A stretch of DNA of 64,000 nucleotides from an uncultured Poribacteria bacterium (GTDB lineage Bacteria > Poribacteria > WGA-4E > WGA-3G), in the NCBI GenBank assembly GCA_958296135.2, contig CATQHZ020000001.1, positions 3,808,001 to 3,872,000 on the forward strand, read 5' to 3'. A program made the position numbers and the translations under genes. Positions within the stretch are counted from its first letter, which is position 1. Each line of letters opens with the position of its first letter. Shown one piece after another: positions 9,957 through 17,956 of this stretch. Below the pieces are notes generated by a model. That model ran no database searches, had not been told where the DNA came from, and saw only the letters and a program-made list of their open reading frames with translations.

Positions 9957-11579
9957 TCATGGAATCGCCCGTATCTGGCGGATTTCGGAAACCTCAGACA
10001 CCGGCGGCGAGATCGGTTCATGGAATGCCATCTTCGCGGCAATTCTCCCGTAACTGTAACCATCACGGCGGGCTAACAATCGTAAATCCGCAGTGGTGCC
10101 GCTTTTTCGCGAATCTTTCACATCCGGTGCGAAATATTTGACACGGCATCTACGCGGCTTCCCTTTGGGCGTTTTATCAAAGCAGTTAATAACCCCGCGC
10201 CATTTCGTCCCATCTTGCGTTGTGAGCTCAACATGGTCCAACCGCCGGAACCCGTTGCTTTCCGCCCGTTTTTCATTCGGGAGGAAGAAGCCCGGGGCCT
10301 TCATCTTGAAAGTCTTGCGCAGATTATCACGCCGTCCATATCCCTCCGCTTGAATCACGTCAACTTGGAGAGAACTTGGTTGTTTCGGGAGACACGCAAC
10401 CGCGGCCGCGTCGTAGTAATGCGTCTTTGGCAAGCCTGCGAGGTTTCGGTTATGTGCTGTTTTTCCGCCAGTCCCGCTGAGAACGGGCAACTTCATCGCC
10501 TTGAGTATTTCAAAGAGTTTCCAGCGAATCGTGTTCACTGCAGCAGCATCAGAAAGCCCTTTCTTTGACTTGCTCACAGCGGATTTGACCTTTTTCGCAA
10601 ACTTTTCACCGCATTTCGCTTCCAACGCGTCACCGACAAGATTGCCCTTTTTCGCGTTGCACGGACGACACGCCATCGTGAGATTGTCGGGGCGACTGGA
10701 ACCGCCTTTCGCTTTAGGGAGGATGTGTTCAACCTCAAGGCGAACATTTTTGTCCCCACAATAGGCGCACTTTCGTCCGGTGAGTTCCAAGAGGTATTCG
10801 CGAATTTCGCGCCCGTGAAGTGTGCCTTGTTGATATTGAATCCCATGAATGTTGGGCTTGTCCATCAACTGCATATCAAACTTCACCGTTTCAATCGCGA
10901 GCCGTGTTATCGGAGAGACTTTGCGGTATCGCCGCGTCCACGTCTCTATATTGAAAACACGGGACATGAGGCTCGGTGCAACCCATCCGTTATCCGCGCG
11001 CTTTTGATGAGCAACACGGACGCGCTTCCAACGCTTCTTTTGGCGTTGATTCGTTTTCGTTTTCGGCAGACGTTCCCACCGATACCGCGGATCTCGCAAT
11101 TGTGCCCACGAGACGCGATTGAAGTGATTCTGCGTTTGACTCGTATCCGTGCCTTCTGGGGCCTTGGCGCGTTGATACGTCCATCCCTCGTCAGTCAGCA
11201 CCGGCACTTTTCGTCCGCGGTTTGCCCAACGCGCAGGACGATACCGTAGATTCCGAGTGCGGCGACCGCGGCGGAATCCAGACCGGTTAGTCAACGCTTT
11301 CTTTATCTGCCTTCCACGATGGTGGAGTTCCGCGGCATAGATGATATCGCCAGTCTCCGATGTGATGGCGATGCCCGATGTTTTTGAACCCGGATCCCAA
11401 CTCAGGGTGTAGTTCCCGGTAACAATCTCATCGGCAGGCACCGCTTTTTTCAGGATGATTGTAAACGGATGTCGGTTCCAAACAGCCGCCTCACCACGCT
11501 TCAATAAACGTCGCGCTATTGCCGGGTGGCACGGTTCCAATACGTTCTTGTTTCTATCAATCACAAAAACTTTTGACAT
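9957..11579 (-). CDS. iscB: IscB RNA-guided endonuclease (540 aa), CRISPR-associated, with a REC-position insertion
   Basis: PLMP-like N-terminus (VFVID...VLEPCHPAIARRLLK...PFTIIL), RuvC-I WDPGSK, Arg-rich bridge helix (RRGRRTRNLRYRPAR), GWVAPSL, RuvC-II IETVKFD, HNH (CAYC...EHILPKAKGGS...NL..AC..CN..K) and RuvC-III THYYDA. GGAGAGG ribosome-binding site precedes the ATG at 11579. Confidence 0.95.
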   Translation of the reverse strand: MSKVFVIDRNKNVLEPCHPAIARRLLKRGEAAVWNRHPFTIILKKAVPADEIVTGNYTLSWDPGSKTSGIAITSETGDIIYAAELHHRGRQIKKALTNRSGFRRGRRTRNLRYRPARWANRGRKVPVLTDEGWTYQRAKAPEGTDTSQTQNHFNRVSWAQLRDPRYRWERLPKTKTNQRQKKRWKRVRVAHQKRADNGWVAPSLMSRVFNIETWTRRYRKVSPITRLAIETVKFDMQLMDKPNIHGIQYQQGTLHGREIREYLLELTGRKCAYCGDKNVRLEVEHILPKAKGGSSRPDNLTMACRPCNAKKGNLVGDALEAKCGEKFAKKVKSAVSKSKKGLSDAAAVNTIRWKLFEILKAMKLPVLSGTGGKTAHNRNLAGLPKTHYYDAAAVACLPKQPSSLQVDVIQAEGYGRRDNLRKTFKMKAPGFFLPNEKRAESNGFRRLDHVELTTQDGTKWRGVINCFDKTPKGKPRRCRVKYFAPDVKDSRKSGTTADLRLLARRDGYSYGRIAAKMAFHEPISPPVSEVSEIRQIRAIP

Positions 11580-11589
11580 AATGTCCTCT

Positions 11590-11860
11590 CCTGCTACTGC
11601 AGAAGGTAATGTGAGCCTCGCCAATGTTATCTCTGCTTAATTCAGGGTTGACTGCCTCATCTTGACAAGAGACTGTTTACAGAGCCCCCACAGTGCTCCC
11701 GACTGGCTCCATCGGCGATCCGACGTATCTGGAGGTGTGATAACAGAGATAACGTAGTTAGTGAAAACTTAAGCTAGATACCGATTCAATTAGGCAACAA
11801 GGATTCCACCCCTTGTTCCCCGCTCCGCAAGCGGAGCTAACATGGTTTCATTGCAACTTT
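11590..11860 (-). ncRNA. omegaRNA (HEARO-like) scaffold with a 5' anti-repeat (tracrRNA-like)
   Basis: Minus-strand motifs in HEARO order: ACTACGTT...ACACC...CCAGT...CTCTG TAAACAG...CAGT...AACATTGGCGAGG...TTACC. A perfect 10-bp long-range stem joins 11744-11753 and 11626-11635. Directly upstream of iscB. Confidence 0.85.
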
Positions 11861-11940
11861 GCTGTCAACCTCCCGCAACATTTGCGTTATTGGAGGTAGA
11901 CAGCAAGTCCTTACGCCGCAAGCACGGATGCACACGGCGT
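11859..11940 (-). other. Two hairpins between the array and the omegaRNA (leader or processing element)
   Basis: TTGCTGTC-ACCTCC/GGAGGT-GACAGCAA stem at 11859-11906 and ACGCCG/CGGCGT stem at 11913-11940. Confidence 0.6.
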
Positions 11941-11950
11941 GATGCCGAGC

Positions 11951-13260
11951 GTTGCAACTTTACCATGCTCAAGCGGTAACTGAAGGATTTAAGCCGACTC
12001 CGCGCAGCCGGAAACGCGTTGCAACTTTACCATGCTCAAGCGGTAACGGTTCCATCTCGATGCGAGTTTGCGTCGTGCGGCACTGGTTGCAACTTTACCA
12101 TGCTCAAGCGGTAACGCTGCGCTTTGCGGTTTAGCTCTCCCCACGCGATTGTTGCAACTTTACCATGCTCAAGCGGTAACTCGTAAGGATAGGCGAGTGC
12201 CTTGTCAATGAGGCGTTCGTTGCAACTTTACCATGCTCAAGCGGTAACTTTACCTAAACTATAATGCGTAAAATTGACAATCTCTAGTTGCAACTTTACC
12301 ATGCTCAAGCGGTAACGCGTGTCGTAAGATTCTGCCGCCGCGTAGATGGAATGCGTTGCAACTTTACCATGCTCAAGCGGTAACCTTCATCGTAAGCCTC
12401 TTCATCGTAGGTGAAGAATTGTTGCAACTTTACCATGCTCAAGCGGTAACCGCTTGATGAACCTGCTGTTGATGAACCCCAGCAGGGCAGGGCGGCGTTG
12501 CAACTTTACCATGCTCAAGCGGTAACCAGCATCTTGAAAAACAAGGTGCGGGTGCTGCGAGCGTTGCAACTTTACCATGCTCAAGCGGTAACAGGTTTTT
12601 ACGTCTACTTGCGCCGGCCCGCCAGCCGGCGCGGTTGCAACTTTACCATGCTCAAGCGGTAACTGAACACGAAGGGCGGGGTGACGCGCATGGGCGTGAG
12701 TTGCAACTTTACCATGCTCAAGCGGTAACCTCTGTATAACCTATGTTAATCCCGTCAAATCTAGTTGCAACTTTACCATGCTCAAGCGGTAACCTAAAAT
12801 ATCCATTACATCTTTAGGCATTGCCAGCCTCGTTGCAACTTTACCATGCTCAAGCGGTAACTTAAGGTCTTCGTGAAGCCCTCCCTGCCCGTCCAGGTTG
12901 CAACTTTACCATGCTCAAGCGGTAACCATTGCAGACGAGCATTGATGTGAAGACCGGACGACTGTTGCAACTTTACCATGCTCAAGCGGTAACGTCATAG
13001 ATGGCTTCTAGCATAGGCGTGAGACGCGGTGTTGCAACTTTACCATGCTCAAGCGGTAACGCGCAGCGTCAGTCTCGGTAGCCGGTGCGGGTGCCGGTGT
13101 TGCAACTTTACCATGCTCAAGCGGTAACTTTTGGGGTTGATTTGCGCTCATGGCGTTGCCGACAGGTTGCAACTTTACCATGCACAAGCGGTAACAAATA
13201 CTGACAGCGATACGACTTCCCGCCAGAACCGTTTCAACTTTACCATGCTCAGGTGGTAAC
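11951..13260 (-). CRISPR. CRISPR array: 20 repeats of 30 nt (transcribed GTTACCGCTTGAGCATGGTAAAGTTGCAAC) and 19 unique spacers of 34-46 nt
   Basis: Repeats start at 11951, 12018, 12086, 12151, 12219, 12287, 12355, 12421, 12497, 12563, 12634, 12700, 12764, 12832, 12897, 12964, 13031, 13099, 13166 (1 mismatch) and 13231 (3 mismatches). Confidence 0.98.
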
Positions 13261-13275
13261 CGGCAACTATGTTAA

Positions 13276-13304
13276 AGTATACCACGCTTTCTTCTGAATT
13301 GCAA
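13276..13304 (-). promoter_or_regulatory. sigma70 promoter driving the array, omegaRNA and iscB
   Basis: Minus strand TTGCAA-17 nt-TATACT with an extended -10 TG, 15 nt upstream of the first repeat. Confidence 0.7.
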
Positions 13305-13378
13305 ATGAAATCGACCTATTTGGTTAGCATCCCGCGTCCGGAAGTGCAATGCTAAAGAAGCGTGTGGTGCTACTAACC

Positions 13379-14302
13379 TCATACAAGTTTGTTCAAATCG
13401 ACAGGTAACCCGACAGATTTCATTTCCTGAGCCAGTCTCAGTTTCCATCCATCCTCGCTCTTCATTGGAATATAAAGGAGTCCATCAAGATCGGAGGGGT
13501 TTTCTAGTTCCCCTTTAACGAGCAAACAGACTCTTCCGCGTTCCAACTTTCCTTGAAAATAGCCGAGTTCTAGGATGACGTTTTGACGAGCCCGAAGTTT
13601 GAGATCCTCATCTGCTTCATTCCTTAGGGCACCAACATCATCGGGAGTCAGCAAAGCAATAGCAAACCTAACGTTGTTTGCCAATTGCTCAAGCTTCTCA
13701 ATAATCGTTAGACCGGAGTTGGGTTGGTTTTCAAGGATGATTTCCTTGAATCCTAAATCCCTGAGGAACAAAACGACAGCGTTTTTCGCCGCATCGTCCC
13801 GTCCATGCACGATAAACACTGAAGTGTCCGCAGGAGTGTCTGAAGGTAGATTACGCAGATTTATCTTTCCCACCGTTTCAGATCTGGCTTCCACCGTAGA
13901 ACCTTCTTGTGCTATCTGTAACCGTGTTAACTGTTCCGGATCCAAAACCGATATTTCGCCATCATCAACAGAATCCACCTCTTTTGCCTTCGGGTGATAG
14001 GAGAGGTAGGAACGTTCCCCTTTTCTTTCTTCGATGATAGCGAGCCATATACCGCCGCAACTCCCTTCGCAGCACAGCGTTTTTTGTCTGTCGCAGAGTT
14101 TGATTTCAAGTTGATGCGAAGCCCCCCAGGGACAAGCAATGTCAATAAATTCGTGAGGTTGTGCCGGCGTGGAAAGAAGGACTTTCCATGCACCACCTCG
14201 TTGCAAGATACCATGCACCTTCTTACCTGTCGTATCTACGATAAGAAGGTCTTTCCCATCAAATGCCCCTGAAGGAAGCATTCCATTATAAGGTCTATAC
14301 AT
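13379..14302 (-). CDS. TIR-like domain (predicted nucleotide-binding, CBASS/Pycsar-effector-like) protein with an unknown N-terminal domain
   Basis: VFIVHGRD...TIIEKLE...FAIALLTPDD...RARQNVILELGYF...PSDLDG motifs. GGAG ribosome-binding site before the ATG at 14302. Confidence 0.85.
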   Translation of the reverse strand: MYRPYNGMLPSGAFDGKDLLIVDTTGKKVHGILQRGGAWKVLLSTPAQPHEFIDIACPWGASHQLEIKLCDRQKTLCCEGSCGGIWLAIIEERKGERSYLSYHPKAKEVDSVDDGEISVLDPEQLTRLQIAQEGSTVEARSETVGKINLRNLPSDTPADTSVFIVHGRDDAAKNAVVLFLRDLGFKEIILENQPNSGLTIIEKLEQLANNVRFAIALLTPDDVGALRNEADEDLKLRARQNVILELGYFQGKLERGRVCLLVKGELENPSDLDGLLYIPMKSEDGWKLRLAQEMKSVGLPVDLNKLV

Positions 14303-14475
14303 TATTTCTCCTTCCACCCGCAGTTCCAGAAAACCCGCACCAGCATCGTTACATTTCAAGGGAAACCGTTAAGTTCTCTCATACCATCGGTGCATGAGCG
14401 CAGCGTTACCATAACCCGACACCGCAATGGCGATGCGAAGCCGGTAACTGAACGTACCTGCATCCTTTTCTTTTA

Positions 14476-14504
14476 ATTATACACGAAATGGTTAGAAATG
14501 TCAA
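14476..14504 (-). promoter_or_regulatory. Consensus sigma70 promoter of the TIR gene
   Basis: Minus strand TTGACA-17 nt-TATAAT. Confidence 0.7.
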
Positions 14505-14509
14505 TTTTT

Positions 14510-14653
14510 TTAATGATTATCAATCTCCCGATGCCTCGGCACCGCCGCGCGGGTTCCCCGTACTGGATTTGCCCACCACGAGTGGTTTCCACCCTCACGA
14601 ACTAAGTAGCAGCCGTGTCGTCTGAGGTGTTTAATCAACTGCCGCAACTTCAT
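14510..14653 (-). pseudogene. hicA: HicA-family toxin, C-terminally truncated (47 aa)
   Basis: MKLRQLIKHLRRHGCYLVREGGNHSWWANP....AVPRHREIDNH then stop; the final helix is missing. Overlaps the hicB stop. Confidence 0.75.
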
Positions 14654-14862
14654 ACAGAAATTTCCACTTCCTCATATTCGTAGGCGGCGCGCTCTCGTGC
14701 GTCTTGCGCTTCAAACTCCAATGCCTCGCGAAGTGTAATTTGGAGCGTATCTAGCAACGCCTCTCGCGTCCGTTCTTGGCACGTCACGCCCGATACCTCG
14801 CGGATCCACCCAATCCACCACTCACCGCGGTGTTGGATCTGAGCCGTATAGGTTTGTGACAT
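14650..14862 (-). CDS. hicB: HicB-family antitoxin
   Basis: YTAQI....WWIGWI.EV.GV.CQ..TRE.LL..L...L.EAL pattern, upstream of hicA. Confidence 0.8.
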   Translation of the reverse strand: MSQTYTAQIQHRGEWWIGWIREVSGVTCQERTREALLDTLQITLREALEFEAQDARERAAYEYEEVEISV

Positions 14863-14895
14863 TTTAAATCTCCTTCCCATCGCTACAATTCTCGA

Positions 14896-16167
14896 CTAAA
14901 GGTATAGTCCTTGCAACTCCTCAAAAAAATGCGGAAACGTTTTACTCACACATCCCGGGTCACAAATCTGAATCCCAGGAACTTTCAAGCCTATCAGCGA
15001 AAATGCCATCGCCACGCGATGATCGCGGTAGGTATCAATCGCCGCGGGGGTAATAGGCGCAGGAGTAATCTCTACGCCATCGCGATGCTCTACCACCGGT
15101 ACGCCTAATTTGCGCAACTCTGTCACCATCGCATGAATCCGGTCGGTTTCTTGCCAGCGGGTATGTTCAATGTTTCGGATAATCACTTTGCTATCGGCGA
15201 AGGGGGCGATGGCCGCCAAGGTCAACGCCGTATCGGAGAGTGCCTTCATATCTACGTCAATGCCGCGCAGACGTTCCGGTCCGATAACCTCAAGGCCATC
15301 GGAAGCGGCGTTCACCCGACACCCCATCTCTTCCAAGACGCGGACAAACTGGACATCGCCTTGCGCGGAATCGAGATGCAGGTGCCTCACCTTGAGCCGT
15401 CCCCCTGTGAGCGCGGCTGCAGCGAAAAAATAGGAGGCATTGGAGGCATCCGGCTCAATGTGATACTCGCGCGGTTGATATGACCGGGGGCCTGCGATGC
15501 GGAAATGCCGATAATTGTCATTGGCGACGGTTACGCCGAATGCCTCCATGACAGACGTGGTAATGTCAATATAAGGCGTTTTGAGCGCGCCGACAACCTC
15601 AATCTCCATATCGTTTTTGGCGCAAGGCGCAATGAGAAGCAGTGAGGTGAGGAATTGACTGCTCTTGCTGGCATCCAATCGGGTTTTGCCGCCGCCAAGC
15701 CCGTTTGCCTGCACGATGACAGGGAGATGGCCGTTGTCAAATTGTGAGCGCGCGGAAACGCCGAGTTGCGTCAGCGCGTCGAGTAAATCGGAGATAGGCC
15801 GGCTGCGCCGCATCGGCTCATCGCCATCAATGATAAATTCGCCTTGCCCGAGCGATACATAACTGACGAGGGAGCGGGCAGTAGTGCCAGAGTTCCCGAT
15901 GTAAAGTGCCGCGCTCTCCACCGGTATATACCCGCCGTTGCCGTTGACGTGAAACGTCGCCTGTGCTTCATCTGCATCGATTTGGGCTCCGAGTTTTCGC
16001 AGGGCGTTGCACATATAGCGCGTGTCATCGCTGAAGAGCGCGCCGGTTAACGTGGAGTGTCCGTTCGCCAGCGCGGCAACTAACAACGCGCGGTTCGTAT
16101 AACTTTTAGAGCCCGGCACCGCTATCGTCGCATTGACTGGTTTGCGAAGGGGTTGAATCTCAATCAT
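14896..16167 (-). CDS. aroA: 3-phosphoshikimate 1-carboxyvinyltransferase
   Basis: PGSKSYTNRAL, GNSGT, SSQF, ETDRI, DHRVAM and VSKTFP motifs. Confidence 0.95.
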   Translation of the reverse strand: MIEIQPLRKPVNATIAVPGSKSYTNRALLVAALANGHSTLTGALFSDDTRYMCNALRKLGAQIDADEAQATFHVNGNGGYIPVESAALYIGNSGTTARSLVSYVSLGQGEFIIDGDEPMRRSRPISDLLDALTQLGVSARSQFDNGHLPVIVQANGLGGGKTRLDASKSSQFLTSLLLIAPCAKNDMEIEVVGALKTPYIDITTSVMEAFGVTVANDNYRHFRIAGPRSYQPREYHIEPDASNASYFFAAAALTGGRLKVRHLHLDSAQGDVQFVRVLEEMGCRVNAASDGLEVIGPERLRGIDVDMKALSDTALTLAAIAPFADSKVIIRNIEHTRWQETDRIHAMVTELRKLGVPVVEHRDGVEITPAPITPAAIDTYRDHRVAMAFSLIGLKVPGIQICDPGCVSKTFPHFFEELQGLYL

Positions 16168-17063
16168 TCGGAAATCCCCAACTCCGTGAGCAACTGCCGA
16201 ATCTCCGCTTTGGCGGCATCGCTCACCGGCAACAGCGGACTCGTCGTGTGCGCTTGGCAGACACCGAGAATGTCCAAGCAAGCCTTCATCCCGCTCACGC
16301 CTTGGCCGTAGGTGTAGATTTTGCTGAGCCGGAGCAGCCACTTTTGCAACCGATGCACTTCGTCAATATCGCGGGCCTTCCCAGCATTGTAGAGCGCGAC
16401 AGCTTGTTTCGGTGCAACGTTTGAGATGGAAACGACACCGCCATCGGCACCGAATAGCAAAGCCGCGCCTAGCGCGGTATGCGAACCGAGAAAGATAGAG
16501 AAATCATCCCTATCTCCAAGCAGTGCTAAAAGGCTCAGGCAGTTGTTCCAATCGCCGGAACTATCCTTCATCCCAACGATGTTATCGCACCGCTCTGCGA
16601 GTTCAGCGACTATCTGTGGCTTAATCGCCGTTTTTACGGTAGAGGGGATGTTGTAAATCAGCACCGGCAGGGCCGTGCTAGCTGCGATAGCTTCATAGAA
16701 TTCAACCAGGTCTGCGTCATTGGTGGAGGGGTAGTAGTAGCCCGGTGTCGCGGCGACAGCATCCACGCCGAACTGCTGCGCAATCTCAATGTTTTGGATA
16801 ACGCGCCGCGTGCTGGTATCCATCACACCGCTGATAATCGGCACGCGGCCGTTGACGACTCTCACGGCGATGTCAATAGCGCGCTCGCGTTCCGCGTTTG
16901 TCAACGTTGTGAACTCACCGGAAGTGCCTAAGAGATAGATGCCGTGAACGCCGTTGCTAATCAAACGGTGGAGTTGCTTGGTAAACCCGAGCTCATCAAC
17001 GCGTTCTTTTGCATCCAGCGGCGTTACCGTGGGGGTAAAAATTCCTTCAAATCGGACATTCAT
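16164..17063 (-). CDS. Dihydrodipicolinate synthase family aldolase
   Basis: GTSGEF, YNIP and GMKDSSGD motifs. Confidence 0.88.
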   Translation of the reverse strand: MNVRFEGIFTPTVTPLDAKERVDELGFTKQLHRLISNGVHGIYLLGTSGEFTTLTNAERERAIDIAVRVVNGRVPIISGVMDTSTRRVIQNIEIAQQFGVDAVAATPGYYYPSTNDADLVEFYEAIAASTALPVLIYNIPSTVKTAIKPQIVAELAERCDNIVGMKDSSGDWNNCLSLLALLGDRDDFSIFLGSHTALGAALLFGADGGVVSISNVAPKQAVALYNAGKARDIDEVHRLQKWLLRLSKIYTYGQGVSGMKACLDILGVCQAHTTSPLLPVSDAAKAEIRQLLTELGISE

Positions 17064-17125
17064 TCGTTTCGCTCCTCAGTCAAGCTGGCTAAGTCTTTTG
17101 AGTTTAGCAAATTATGGTTCGGTTG

Positions 17126-17569
17126 TCAATCATTTTTTTCCTCCTCCGATGCCTCCATTCTCTCCAAAATGCGATCCAACTTCTCTGTAGCCGCTTTAAT
17201 TTTTCGCCAGATAATGACAGCGGACACTCCAACTGTGAGGGGAAAAACGAACTGAATTATTTCAGCGGGGACAATTGGAATGAGCGATTTGCACTTTTCT
17301 GTCACGTACCCAATCGCCGGGAGAATGAGCCAATTCCAATCCTTCACAAAAGTGATGTATTTTCGGATGCGGCCGCCTTTGGGAGGAATTGGGACAGTGC
17401 TGATTTCATATTTACCGGATTGGACATCAAACCGCACGCTAGTCCCTTCTTCCGGTGTTGAAGAGACCTCTAACATGCCTGTCTCCTGGTCGTATTTAAT
17501 GTTCACGTTTTCCTTATATCGCAACTGTAGCAGGCGATAGTGCCTAACAGTTTTGCGCTGATAGAACAC
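17126..17569 (-). CDS. Hypothetical membrane protein
   Basis: Open ORF with C-terminal hydrophobic segments; start uncertain. Confidence 0.5.
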   Translation of the reverse strand: MFYQRKTVRHYRLLQLRYKENVNIKYDQETGMLEVSSTPEEGTSVRFDVQSGKYEISTVPIPPKGGRIRKYITFVKDWNWLILPAIGYVTEKCKSLIPIVPAEIIQFVFPLTVGVSAVIIWRKIKAATEKLDRILERMEASEEEKND

Positions 17570-17626
17570 GCTCGCCTACTTCGCGCGCAGGCGTAGATTT
17601 ATATGCCGCGCGGACAGCCCTATAGG

Positions 17627-17824
17627 TTAACCTGCCCGAACGGGCGTGTTGGGGACAGGTTTTATCATAAATTCCAGTTTTCCATCTTTAAAATAGCGCC
17701 GGATCTGCGGGTCTTTTAAATCCAGCGCGAAATCCGAGCCACTGACAGCCTCAATAATCAACAGGTCATTCGGATTGTCGGGATGGACGATTTTCGCGTT
17801 TCGGTGCCGATATTCCTTTTTCAC
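17627..17824 (-). CDS. Small hypothetical protein
   Basis: 65-aa ORF with an AGGAGG ribosome-binding site. Confidence 0.5.
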   Translation of the reverse strand: MKKEYRHRNAKIVHPDNPNDLLIIEAVSGSDFALDLKDPQIRRYFKDGKLEFMIKPVPNTPVRAG

Positions 17825-17956
17825 AGGTCTTCCTCCTTGTTGCCATACAGCGGCCGGTCTGCAAACGCTGCAATGCCCGACCCCGGGGATAAAACTGACA
17901 CGCTACATTAAGTTTATCACATTTTTGTTACCGTGTCAAATTTATTTGCCGCCCTC

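Noticed and set aside
9957-11624. Calling the HNH/RuvC protein Cas9, or using the 11624 start
   Set aside because: The PLMP-like N-terminus, 540-aa size and HEARO-type RNA indicate IscB. The 11624 start lies inside the omegaRNA, and the RBS supports 11579.
11952-12584. Short ORFs 11952-12134 and 12402-12584
   Set aside because: They are translations of CRISPR repeats and spacers.
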